This document shows positions 20,350 to 28,842 of a DNA stretch of 64,000 nucleotides, one piece after another (within the stretch, counting starts at the first letter, position 1; every line of letters begins with the position of its first letter). The DNA lies in the NCBI GenBank assembly GCA_013374855.1, contig CP055308.1, forward strand, positions 16,358 through 80,357, written 5' to 3'. The notes below the pieces were generated by a model, which had not been told where the DNA came from, searched no databases, and worked only from the letters and a program-made list of their open reading frames with translations. This DNA is from Candidatus Woesebacteria bacterium (GTDB lineage Bacteria; Patescibacteriota; Microgenomatia; UBA8517). Both the position numbers and the translations under genes were made by a program.

Positions 20350-21198
20350 TCAATTGGGCAAAAGACCAATTCTTTCCGCTTCTTTTTTAAACTGATCAAT
20401 CAAAATTTTTCTACCAGGATATCCCGGATGTATTATACCAAAAGCATTCCTCACAGGAGGGCTGTCAAAAGACGGCACACAAACAGCAAAAAAACGGCAA
20501 TAGTAATCAGGATAACGCTCTCTTGCCCCTTCAATCATTCTTTCTGCATCTTTCTTTGTAACGCTTCCTCCAAGATATTCTGTTTTTAGATCATTCGGAT
20601 GAACTTCATTTGCCACAACTTGCCCAGAACGATCTGTCTTAAGCTGAACCAGCCGCAAAACTTTCTTTCCCCCTTTTGTTTTTGTCCCAAAATCAAGGAC
20701 AGCATCAATAGCATACCGAGCATCCAGCTCTCCACCTACAATCATCTGGGCAAAATCCAACCTGCCAGCAAGATCTTGTTTTGATTCCGTAATCAGGCGC
20801 CAGAAAGTAAGATTGGAGATCGCCCCCGCTAAAGACCCCTCAACAAAACCCCTTCTATCCATTCCTAACACATTGACTACTGAATCCCTTCCTTCCCCAA
20901 ATAACGCCTCTCTCACCGGCTTTTCTAATTCTCTCAAAAAGTCTCTATTCTGACTTACAAGGAAAAGGTAATATGCCAAATCGCGTTGAAGATTGGCAAG
21001 TTCCGTGCAAATTTTAAGCATCTCTTTTCCTCTATTGTCTTTCAAAGACTCCAAAGATCGCAAATTTTTATTCCATCTATTTCTAAAATCCCCTTTTAAC
21101 CAATCAACTCCCTTTCTCAAAACTTCAAGAGTTAGCCCTTCACTTGAAACCGGAGCTTCCACCCAATGCGAAACAACTTCAGCAACTTGATCAACCAT
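20350..21198 (-). CDS. Hypothetical protein, possible PD-(D/E)xK-like nuclease C-terminal domain
   Basis: 282-aa ORF; LDARYAIDAVL...LVQLK motif. Confidence 0.6.
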   Translation of the reverse strand: MVDQVAEVVSHWVEAPVSSEGLTLEVLRKGVDWLKGDFRNRWNKNLRSLESLKDNRGKEMLKICTELANLQRDLAYYLFLVSQNRDFLRELEKPVREALFGEGRDSVVNVLGMDRRGFVEGSLAGAISNLTFWRLITESKQDLAGRLDFAQMIVGGELDARYAIDAVLDFGTKTKGGKKVLRLVQLKTDRSGQVVANEVHPNDLKTEYLGGSVTKKDAERMIEGARERYPDYYCRFFAVCVPSFDSPPVRNAFGIIHPGYPGRKILIDQFKKEAERIGLLPN

Positions 21199-21286
21199 AA
21201 TTAGAAAAAATATACACCAAAAAAAACACAAAAAACAAAATTTTACTTTGGCGTAATACTCTTAGTTGTTTTAAAAGAAGCTTAAA

Positions 21287-21616
21287 TTAATCTTTAATCT
21301 CACCAACTTTGTATTTGATGCTAGTTTGTGAAGGCTTAATTCCTGCTTTTATTTCTTGATAATATCTTTCAAGCAGATTCTGAACACTCCCTGGGTCCTT
21401 GGGGTTATATCCATAGTCAGAAGTTAAATATGTGATGGAACTTGCCCTATCTATTATTACAACCAATAATCCATTACCCGATTTTGTTAATTTGCGAAAA
21501 ACTTGCGGATCAACAAATTTTCTCATTCTCTCCTCAAGCCTGCCCACTCCATCTCTACCTTCTATGTAATCCACAACTGCAGAATTCACCTCTTTTATAA
21601 TTTCATTCAATTTCAT
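21287..21616 (-). CDS. Hypothetical protein
   Basis: 109-aa ORF with TATAAT just upstream of ATG. Confidence 0.65.
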   Translation of the reverse strand: MKLNEIIKEVNSAVVDYIEGRDGVGRLEERMRKFVDPQVFRKLTKSGNGLLVVIIDRASSITYLTSDYGYNPKDPGSVQNLLERYYQEIKAGIKPSQTSIKYKVGEIKD

Positions 21617-21652
21617 AACAATCTAAATTATAACAATTACACAAAAGTAATT

Positions 21653-21710
21653 GTGTAGGGTACACAACCTACTTGAAACCGAGAAACATCTCTATTGTGT
21701 ACCCTACACT
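21653..21710 (-). terminator. Long hairpin 3' of small ORF
   Basis: gtgtagggtacaca...tgtgtaccctacac 14-bp inverted repeat. Confidence 0.6.
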
Positions 21711-21737
21711 TTAACACACGCAAGAGCTAAAAACAAC

Positions 21738-21959
21738 TCACTTAACATCCCAGCTTTCGGTGTGATAGTTGTAGTGAATTTCGGTGTCTCCCAACCGCTG
21801 GCCATAATGGTAATCAGTCACATTCCCTTCACGATCCACATTGTAGCTTTCTCAGTGAGTAATCCCGTCCCCTTCGGTCCACCAATATGTCCAGTGCTGA
21901 GTTCCATCAGGATTGTTTCTCACCGACTGTCCACTCTTCACATCACCAGGTCCTGACAT
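21738..21959 (-). pseudogene. 73-codon small ORF interrupted by one in-frame TGA (codon 36)
   Basis: MSGPGDVKSGQSVRNNPDGTQHWTYWWTEGDGITH*ESYNVDREGNVTDYHYGQRLGDTEIHYNYHTESWDVK; SD AAGGAG upstream; frame continues cleanly after TGA at 21852-21854. Confidence 0.6.
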
Positions 21960-22250
21960 CTCACACTCTCCTTCTGCTGACTATCAGCAGTTACTAAAGG
22001 ACAGATACAGTGATTTTGCTTAGGCTTTGTAAGACTTTTCTTCTTTGGAAATTTTCTTCTCTTCAGTGACCTCTTGTTTTTTAGCTTATCTTCCTCTCGC
22101 TTTTGAGAGTTAGCCCAAGAGAATATAGTTTGAAGAGAAAGAATCACCCCTTGAAGAAGAAGTCCTTACACCCCAAGCCTGTTAAAGTGCGACAAGCTCT
22201 TGCGTGCTTTGACGGGGATGATATCAGAAGAAGAAGAAGAAAAAGTCAAG
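21960..22250 (-). ncRNA. Promoter plus structured ~250-nt leader RNA, copy 1
   Basis: Homologous to 53155-53446; TTGACT...TGaTATCAT promoter; long stem 22018-22066/22131-22178; inner hairpin ctctc/gagag. Confidence 0.7.
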
Positions 22251-22305
22251 ACCTTGCAATCCTAACTTTGGATCTTGACTTTGGCAACCGCAAAAACATA
22301 TAATA

Positions 22306-22417
22306 GCCTGTTCCCTAAGAAAGTGTGTATTTGGGTCAACCCAAAGTAAATCGCACCGAGGGCAAAAATAAAATTACCTAAAGTTTGTTTTTGCGCCTTG
22401 GTGAGGCGCTTTTTTAT
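22306..22417 (+). promoter_or_regulatory. L10 (rplJL) leader with attenuator hairpin
   Basis: cctaagaaagt...taaa..accgagg matches the L10-leader pattern; followed by gcgcct-tggtg-aggcgc-TTTTTT. Confidence 0.7.
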
Positions 22418-22421
22418 TGTA

Positions 22422-22446
22422 ACGGACAGGGTCCGACCCTGTCCAG
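22422..22446. repeat. REP-like palindrome ggacagggtccgaccctgtcc
   Basis: Hairpin; near-identical copy at 60287-60310. Confidence 0.7.
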
Positions 22447-22457
22447 GAAACAAGAGT

Positions 22458-22979
22458 ATGAAAAAAGCAGAAAAACCATTATTTGTAGAAAACTTAAAAG
22501 AAGAGTTAAAGGCAGCCACCGCCGTGGTTCTGGTTGACTTTCAGGGTCTTTCTGTAAAACTTCAGCAAGAACTTAAAAAAAGACTAAAAACTCAAGGCGC
22601 CAGACTCACCGTTGTCAAGAATACCCTTTTTAAGATAGCATCTGAAAAGGCTGATATGCCGGAAAATTTGCGCTCGGACTCTGTTCTCTCAGGACCTACT
22701 GCCCTTGTGATAACAGAAGGTGATCCAATTGCTCCTCTTCAAATACTTGCAAAATTTGCAAGCGAATTTGAAATTCCAAAATTTAAAGTTGGTGTTGTAG
22801 AAGGAAAATTCCAAGACAAAGAAAATTTGATTTCACTCTCAAAACTTCCCTCAAAAAATGTCCTCTTGGGACAAACAATTGGATCTATATCCTCCCCACT
22901 ATACGGGATAATATTTGCACTTCAATCTAATTTACAAAAGCTAGTTTTTATATTGAAAACCAAATCTGAAAGCAATTGA
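22458..22979 (+). CDS. rplJ: 50S ribosomal protein L10
   Basis: VDFQGLSV, VVKNTLF, LSGPTA, LSKLPSK. Confidence 0.96.
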   Translation: MKKAEKPLFVENLKEELKAATAVVLVDFQGLSVKLQQELKKRLKTQGARLTVVKNTLFKIASEKADMPENLRSDSVLSGPTALVITEGDPIAPLQILAKFASEFEIPKFKVGVVEGKFQDKENLISLSKLPSKNVLLGQTIGSISSPLYGIIFALQSNLQKLVFILKTKSESN

Positions 22980-22994
22980 AAGGGGGTGTAAAAA

Positions 22995-23408
22995 ATGGCA
23001 GACGAAAAATTATCCAAAAATGTCGAAGAATTAGTAGAAAAGATAAGTTCTCTTTCTGTTCTTGAACTTGCTGAACTTACAAAAGCATTGCAGGAAAAAC
23101 TTGGAGTTTCTGCAGTTCCTGTTGCTGCCGCTCCTGCTGCGGCAACGCCTGCAGCTGAAGGACAGCAAGAAGCAGCGTCTCAAGAAGGAGGTTCTGGAAC
23201 ACAAACTTTGGTTATGACAAACGCAGGAGCAAACAAAATAAATGTGATCAAGGCACTTCGAGAGATAAACCAAAACCTAACTTTAATGGACGCAAAAGCA
23301 ATGACAGAAAATGTTCCTGCTGAAATCTTAAAAGACGCAAAAGCAGAAGATGTAAAAGCTGCAGCAGAAAAACTCAAGGCAGCAGGCGCAACAGTAGAAA
23401 TAAAATAA
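22995..23408 (+). CDS. rplL: 50S ribosomal protein L7/L12
   Basis: LSVLELAEL..LQEKLGVSA, Ala-rich hinge, KINVIKALRE, LKAAGATVEIK. Confidence 0.97.
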   Translation: MADEKLSKNVEELVEKISSLSVLELAELTKALQEKLGVSAVPVAAAPAAATPAAEGQQEAASQEGGSGTQTLVMTNAGANKINVIKALREINQNLTLMDAKAMTENVPAEILKDAKAEDVKAAAEKLKAAGATVEIK

Positions 23409-23426
23409 AAAATCTAAAACTTTTCA

Positions 23427-23460
23427 AAAACCCCATGTTTTAAACATGGGGTTTTCTTTT
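23427..23460. terminator. Bidirectional intrinsic terminator
   Basis: aaaaccccatgttt-aaacatggggtttt between convergent genes. Confidence 0.8.
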
Positions 23461-23474
23461 GAAGAAGAAAACAC

Positions 23475-24242
23475 TTAATCAATAATTAATTTATTGGAAA
23501 TTGATTTGTTTTTCTCATTTTCTTCTTTAAGAAGAATCAAAGAGTTAATGTCTGTGGCATTTAACTTTATACCAGGTTCTGACAACAACCATCTTAAGTA
23601 TTCAAGATCAGTTTTACGAACATGGTACAAAACTATGTCGCCAGGTCTAACCTTATGACCTTGTCTAAAATTTTCAGGAGTAGGAGTAATAGACCAACCA
23701 CAAGGTATCAACCCCTTTATTCTACAAAAAGACAAAAATTGAGGGGAAAAATACCCACCAACAGCCCTAGCAAGACCAGAGAAAGATTTTTCTAAATTCT
23801 TCTCGCCCATAACTGAGACTAAAGAACGCTTCCATAAATCAAAATCTTCGATATATTCTCTCGTTGATAGATAAGGTGATTCATCATTATGATACATCGT
23901 ATGGTAACCAATTTTGTGACCTTCATTTGCCACCCTTTGCCAAATACCAGGCATTTTATTCTCTAAGTTTAAGACAGCAACACCAACGGGAAAAAAATCC
24001 ACACGTACTTCTTTCTCATCTAGAACATCAAGCATTTCTTTAAAAACATCGGGCAACCAACAATCATCAATAGTCAAGGCATAAAAAGGACTATTAATCT
24101 CCACCCTTCTAAAAATAACTACTTCGTTTTCATCTTCATTTATAGAAATTTTATCTGCCAAACGTAATAGAGGAAGACAAATTGCTAATTTTAAAAAATC
24201 TCTTCTAGTAATAGAATTCTCTTCTTTATCTATCTCCTTCAT
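23475..24242 (-). CDS. Polysaccharide/peptidoglycan deacetylase (CE4/NodB) with twin-Arg-like N-terminus
   Basis: ITRRDFLK; ALTIDD, GHKIGYHTMYH, GDIVLYH. Confidence 0.8.
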   Translation of the reverse strand: MKEIDKEENSITRRDFLKLAICLPLLRLADKISINEDENEVVIFRRVEINSPFYALTIDDCWLPDVFKEMLDVLDEKEVRVDFFPVGVAVLNLENKMPGIWQRVANEGHKIGYHTMYHNDESPYLSTREYIEDFDLWKRSLVSVMGEKNLEKSFSGLARAVGGYFSPQFLSFCRIKGLIPCGWSITPTPENFRQGHKVRPGDIVLYHVRKTDLEYLRWLLSEPGIKLNATDINSLILLKEENEKNKSISNKLIID

Positions 24243-24371
24243 ATATAAGTATATTCTACCATAAATAACTACAGGATTAAACAAAAGAATTAGATTTAAA
24301 AAAACAAGGGCAACTCTAATAACAATTGTTTTTTTGCATATCCCAATTGAGTATAATTATAATTATCCAAA

Positions 24372-24446
24372 CGGGGTGTAGGTCATCGGTAGACCACTTG
24401 TTTCGGGTACAAGAGGCAGTGGGTTCAATTCCCACCACCCCGACCA
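24372..24446 (+). tRNA. tRNA-Pro(CGG)
   Basis: cttgt-TTCGGGT-acaag; acceptor cggggtg/caccccg; encoded CCA. Confidence 0.95.
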
Positions 24447-24577
24447 AGATAAAAGTCTATCTCACGAATATTTATTTCCAATATAGCAATTAGCCATCCT
24501 GTTTCAATGTATTAATACATCAAAACAAGAATGCAAAATAAAGATAAGCAAGTGTAAAAAAGATAAATAACAATAAA

Positions 24578-25534
24578 CTAGGATTTATATTCAGACACAA
24601 AAACCTCCCTAAAAGTCTCTCCATTTTGCAAAGAAAGCTCCCTCTGAAAAAAATAATTACCATCCATATCTCTTCTAACAGAAGTAAGGCTAACTCTATA
24701 TCCTTCCACTTCCCCAGAAAAAGCTGCTCTTACAAATATCTTTCTATTACCAAGAGTGTCTTCAGGAAAGTACTGACTAGGCAAACCTGCCCCTTTTTCT
24801 TCTAATTCACGACGCAAAATTCTAACTAAATGTTCAAGATAAACAGCTTTATAAGAAAAAAGTGAAAGTTCTCTACCAGGTGGCAAAATTATTTCGCCAA
24901 AAGGATCAACTACAGAAAAATGCAAAAATACTGGCTTATCAGTAGGATTTAAAAATTTCAAATCAAACTGTGGCAAATTATCACCCGGATCAGGATAAAA
25001 AATAGCAGCGTCTGTACCAAGAGGATACTCAGGGTCCCTAAAATATTCAGGATAAATATCAAAATGAGTATGCCTTTCCAAAACAAGAAGAGGAGATCTT
25101 AAAAATGCCCTAAAAATAGCAGTTGAAGCAAGACACAAACCATAACCCCAACCATCAAGCTTTGTTGGGTCAGACATCTGAGCAGCCACATAGCCAAGAT
25201 TTGGGTCAGTATTTTCCCTTGAAACATTAGACATCTCTTTAAAACGAAGAGCCTGATTCAGTGAAAATTCTTTACCCGGATCTATCCTAAGACCACCAAT
25301 AAACTTAGAAGCTATAGCTAAATTAACCCAAACCCAAGGCCTTGCCCGCCAACCGATCATATATTCAGATAAACAATTAGGTATTTTTTCTAAATTTGGC
25401 TCTATACTATCCAAAACTTCTCCTAAAAGTGAATTGCTTAAAGATGCCAAAGTAAAAGCTCCAGACCCAAAGCCCATAAGTTTTAAAAACTCTCGTCTGC
25501 TTAACCTTATCTTTTCTTCAGATTGGTTATACAT
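24578..25534 (-). CDS. VanW-family protein with twin-Arg-like N-terminus
   Basis: LSRREFLK; I.PG.EFSLN, G.GLCLASTAIFRA, ERHTH, LGTDAAI, DLKFLN. Confidence 0.8.
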   Translation of the reverse strand: MYNQSEEKIRLSRREFLKLMGFGSGAFTLASLSNSLLGEVLDSIEPNLEKIPNCLSEYMIGWRARPWVWVNLAIASKFIGGLRIDPGKEFSLNQALRFKEMSNVSRENTDPNLGYVAAQMSDPTKLDGWGYGLCLASTAIFRAFLRSPLLVLERHTHFDIYPEYFRDPEYPLGTDAAIFYPDPGDNLPQFDLKFLNPTDKPVFLHFSVVDPFGEIILPPGRELSLFSYKAVYLEHLVRILRRELEEKGAGLPSQYFPEDTLGNRKIFVRAAFSGEVEGYRVSLTSVRRDMDGNYFFQRELSLQNGETFREVFVSEYKS

Positions 25535-25766
25535 CTAAATAAAATAAGTCAATTATATTAGAAATTAAGCAACTTTTAAAACAATATTCCAACTTTAATT
25601 AATAAATTTACAAGCTACTAGATAATTCCAAAAACATTTTTTGAATCCATTAATTTTTCTATGCATAGAATAAAAAATCTCTAACTTTACCTTTCATTTC
25701 CCCTTTAAGTAATAATTAAATTTTGCTAAAATTTAACTGCTTATATAAGAAAGGAGGCGATTAGTT

Positions 25767-25967
25767 GTGGTTGTTGTTAAAAAACAAAAAGGAGAATCTG
25801 AAGATAAGCTCATCAACCGATTCAAAAAAAAGGTTTTAGATGAGGGAATTGTTATTGAAGCAAGGGAAAGAAAAGAATACAAACCCAAATCCCAAGTAAG
25901 GAAAGAAAAAAAATACCGCCTCAAGTTTCTAGATGAGCTTGCAAGAAAAAGAGCAAAAAGAGGCTGA
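25767..25967 (+). CDS. rpsU: 30S ribosomal protein S21
   Basis: GESEDKLINRFKKKV..R..Y.PKSQVR; SD AGGAGG. Confidence 0.88.
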   Translation: MVVVKKQKGESEDKLINRFKKKVLDEGIVIEARERKEYKPKSQVRKEKKYRLKFLDELARKRAKRG

Positions 25968-26271
25968 AAGGGTTTAGAATATACCCAGCCGGGACAGGAG
26001 ACATTCAAAAAAGATTCAAAAGTCAAAAGCACAAGTTAAAATCTGAAAGCTTTCATTAAAGCTTTGATTTCAAGCCTTAAATCAACTTTTTTTCTATCGC
26101 GATTTCTTTATTACATTTTTCCAATCAAGATAAAAAGGTAATTTTTTGTATCTTTTTTCTTCATTCTGTTAAATCTACAATCTAGATTCTACAGTCTGCA
26201 TCCTATAATTATATTCACTCCATGCAGACCTCCCCAATTTTAAAATGCGACCCTCAAATCCCCCACCTTTT

Positions 26272-26997
26272 TTACCTAATTAATATCGAATCAACAAACA
26301 AGCTTCTATGAAGTCTGGTTTTTCCATATTTTTTCAGAGCTTCTATATGATCTTTTGTGCCATAACCTTTGTTTTTTGACCAATTATATTTTTTATAGGC
26401 CCTATTTTTGAACAATCTATCCATTAATCTATCACGATAAACTTTGCAAACAATAGACGCTGCGGAAATTGAAAAAGATTTTTCATCTCCCCGGACAATA
26501 GCCAGCTGATTTGCTGATATTTTTTTGTTTTTAGATCCTCTGTTTGCTTTTCTGTCTTTTTTTGAAGGCATAGGCAAATTTGCAACGTAAGGGATATAAA
26601 ATGCATCAACGAGTATAAAATTTACTCTCTTATTCATTCTCCTTTCAGCATCTCTTATCGACCGACGAAAAGCCGAAAAAGTTGCCTTAGCTATACCAAG
26701 TTTGTTAATTTCCGCAACGCTTGCAACACCCACTCCCCAAGAGAGTGCATTCTTCTTTATCCAGTTAGAAGCTTTCTCTCTCTGAAGACAAGTTAACTTC
26801 TTTGAATCATTAATTTTAATTTTTTCATTTTCAACTTTGGTCAAAATTTCCTTCCACTTTCCTTTCTCAAAACAAACAGCACCACAAACCAAAGGTCCAG
26901 CCAAAGCGCCCCGACCCGCCTCATCAAGACCCAAAACAACATCAAAGCCCTTTCTCCAAACTTTCTTCTCATAATAAAAGTTAGGAAGTTTTCTCAC
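26272..26997 (-). CDS. rnhB: Ribonuclease HII
   Basis: GLDEAGRGALAGP, DSKKL, GD.KS.SISAASI, NKGYGT..H. Confidence 0.96.
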   Translation of the reverse strand: MRKLPNFYYEKKVWRKGFDVVLGLDEAGRGALAGPLVCGAVCFEKGKWKEILTKVENEKIKINDSKKLTCLQREKASNWIKKNALSWGVGVASVAEINKLGIAKATFSAFRRSIRDAERRMNKRVNFILVDAFYIPYVANLPMPSKKDRKANRGSKNKKISANQLAIVRGDEKSFSISAASIVCKVYRDRLMDRLFKNRAYKKYNWSKNKGYGTKDHIEALKKYGKTRLHRSLFVDSILIR

Positions 26998-27437
26998 TTT
27001 GTTTTCGGCTTTTCTCCGTAGGCTATATCGGCAAGACCATCAATTGCCTGTTTTACCGCTTTCAATAGAAAACCTTTATCTTCATTACTTATCCCTTTTG
27101 CACCAAATACATCAAATAGAGTTTCAGAAATACCTTCTAATCTTCTTTCAACTCTTCTGTCACCCACCAATACCCTTAAAGAATCCGAAGGTTTCCCTTC
27201 AGCAATGGTATCAGGATCCCAAGTTTCAATAAATCCTACCATGTTTGGATATTGCTCTTTAAGCTCAAAAGCCACCCATGCCGCAACATTTCTCAAGTGA
27301 CCCAAATATTCAGGAGAAAATCGCAAGGAAGTCTCTTTCTTAACCTCACCAACTGGCGAAAATTGTCCACTTTCAGTTCTTCTCGCTAATACAAAACCAC
27401 CTCCCGCAATTTGCAAAAGAAACAGTCTCTCTCCCAT
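26994..27437 (-). CDS. Hypothetical protein
   Basis: 147-aa ORF overlapping the rnhB start; TATAAT 6 nt upstream of ATG. Confidence 0.65.
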   Translation of the reverse strand: MGERLFLLQIAGGGFVLARRTESGQFSPVGEVKKETSLRFSPEYLGHLRNVAAWVAFELKEQYPNMVGFIETWDPDTIAEGKPSDSLRVLVGDRRVERRLEGISETLFDVFGAKGISNEDKGFLLKAVKQAIDGLADIAYGEKPKTK

Positions 27438-27490
27438 AATATGATTATATATTGCCTATGCAAATATTTTTTGTTAAAATCAGCGCTAGC

Positions 27491-27676
27491 GTGTCAAAAA
27501 TAATAAACTATTTAAAAGAAGTCCGTCTTGAACTTTCCAAAGTTACTTGGCCCAAAAAGGAAGAAACAATAAAACTGACTTTGACAGTTGTTGTTTTTTC
27601 AGCTATAGTAGCAGGATATGTAGGGCTTCTGGACTTTGCTTTTACCAGCATTTTAACTAAAATCCTAACAAGATGA
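27491..27676 (+). CDS. secE: Preprotein translocase SecE
   Basis: EVRLELSKVTWPK, single TM; upstream of nusG. Confidence 0.93.
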   Translation: MSKIINYLKEVRLELSKVTWPKKEETIKLTLTVVVFSAIVAGYVGLLDFAFTSILTKILTR

Positions 27677-28269
27677 AAAAAGACGAAAAAAATCAACAAG
27701 AAGAAAAAGTTTTTGGACACATTGTTATAAACAAAGAAGAAAACCCAAATGCCAAATGGTATGTTGTTCATACCGCCTCAGGCCACGAGATGCGTGTTGC
27801 AGAAACATTGCGGCAACGTGTTGAATCAATGAATCTAGAAAGTAATGTCTTGGAACTGCTTGTGCCAACTCAAGACAGAATCGTCATTAGAAGTGGTAAA
27901 AAAGCAACAGTAAAAGAAAAAATTCTACCCGGATATCTTTTAGTAAAGATGATTCTTGACGACCCAACATGGCTTGCCGTGCGCACCACTCCAGGTGTCA
28001 CAGGTTTTGTAGGAACAGGAAAAGACCCGTCCCCTCTAAGTGAAAACGAAGTAGAAAATATATTTAAGTTTGTTTCAACCCCCGCAAAGCGGTTCAAAAC
28101 TAAATTTTCAATCGGTGAAGCAGTCAAAATTGTCGATGGTCCATTCTCTGGTTTCCTTGGCGCAATAAATGAAATGGATGAAGAAAGAGGCAAGGTGAAA
28201 GTTTTAGTCTCTATCTTTGGCAGAGAAACCCCGGTCGAACTTGACTTCCTACAAATCCAAAAAGTATAA
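27673..28269 (+). CDS. nusG: Transcription factor NusG
   Basis: WYVVHTASGHE, LPGYLLV, TPGVTGFVG, IFGRETPVELDF. Confidence 0.97.
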   Translation: MKKDEKNQQEEKVFGHIVINKEENPNAKWYVVHTASGHEMRVAETLRQRVESMNLESNVLELLVPTQDRIVIRSGKKATVKEKILPGYLLVKMILDDPTWLAVRTTPGVTGFVGTGKDPSPLSENEVENIFKFVSTPAKRFKTKFSIGEAVKIVDGPFSGFLGAINEMDEERGKVKVLVSIFGRETPVELDFLQIQKV

Positions 28270-28363
28270 ACCTCTGTTGACAAGGACGGACCTTGTCAAG
28301 TAAATCTGGATTGCAAATCAGAAATAAGATAAAATAATAAACATAAATATATTGTGTTCTCAA

Positions 28364-28434
28364 AGGGGTGTGATGAAATGGTATCATGGCGGTCTCCAAA
28401 ACCGCTCTTCCAGGTTCGAGTCCTGGCACCCCTG
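28364..28434 (+). tRNA. tRNA-Trp(CCA)
   Basis: gcggt-CTCCAAA-accgc; GGTTCGAGTCC. Confidence 0.95.
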
Positions 28435-28496
28435 CATTCAATTTTTAAAACAATTCAAAAAATAAACACTACATCTTTCAAACTGCGTATCCCAAA

Positions 28497-28700
28497 AAGT
28501 CTTAACTGACAATAAAGGACTTCTACTGCGAGTCAAACGCAGTTGAGCTAATATACGGAGGCAGGCAATCATACGATTTGCCAATAGAAGTTTGGAACTC
28601 AACCTCTGAATATCTTGAAAGTATGAAAATGAGGAAAGCTTAGTTGTCAAAAATATAGGCAATAAATAAGTTGACCTAGTAAATATCAGTCAAAACCCCG
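28497..28700 (-). ncRNA. Unclassified structured RNA candidate with pseudoknot
   Basis: 13-bp closing stem with G-U pairs only on the minus strand; crossing helices 28596-28604/28541-28549 and 28585-28591/28519-28525; several hairpins. Confidence 0.5.
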
Positions 28701-28754
28701 AATTAAACGAGATTATCGCTACCTTCAGCCTTCTTGAGGGATAAGAGAAAAATA

Positions 28755-28786
28755 TTTGTATCGATGTATTAATACATCGATACAAA
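28755..28786. repeat. Perfect 32-bp palindrome
   Basis: tttgtatcgatgtattaatacatcgatacaaa; degenerate copy at 24500-24527. Confidence 0.85.
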
Positions 28787-28791
28787 ATAGA

Positions 28792-28831
28792 AAAAGTGAG
28801 GGGTGTGAAGCTATATCACCCGGAGGGTGTG
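28792..28831. repeat. 40-bp direct repeat, copy 1
   Basis: 37/40 identical to 29628-29667. Confidence 0.85.
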
Positions 28832-28842
28832 TAGTAAGAAAA

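Noticed and set aside
21852-21854. Genome-wide UGA recoding (code 25/4)
   Set aside because: Long conserved genes translate fully in code 11 and several end in TGA
28620-28700. RNase P RNA on the + strand (gaggaaag..aaacccc)
   Set aside because: No matching 3' P4 motif and too short; G-U pairing favours the minus strand
28497-28700. Retron msr-msd or tmRNA
   Set aside because: No reverse transcriptase nearby, and no tRNA-like acceptor/T arm or clear tag frame
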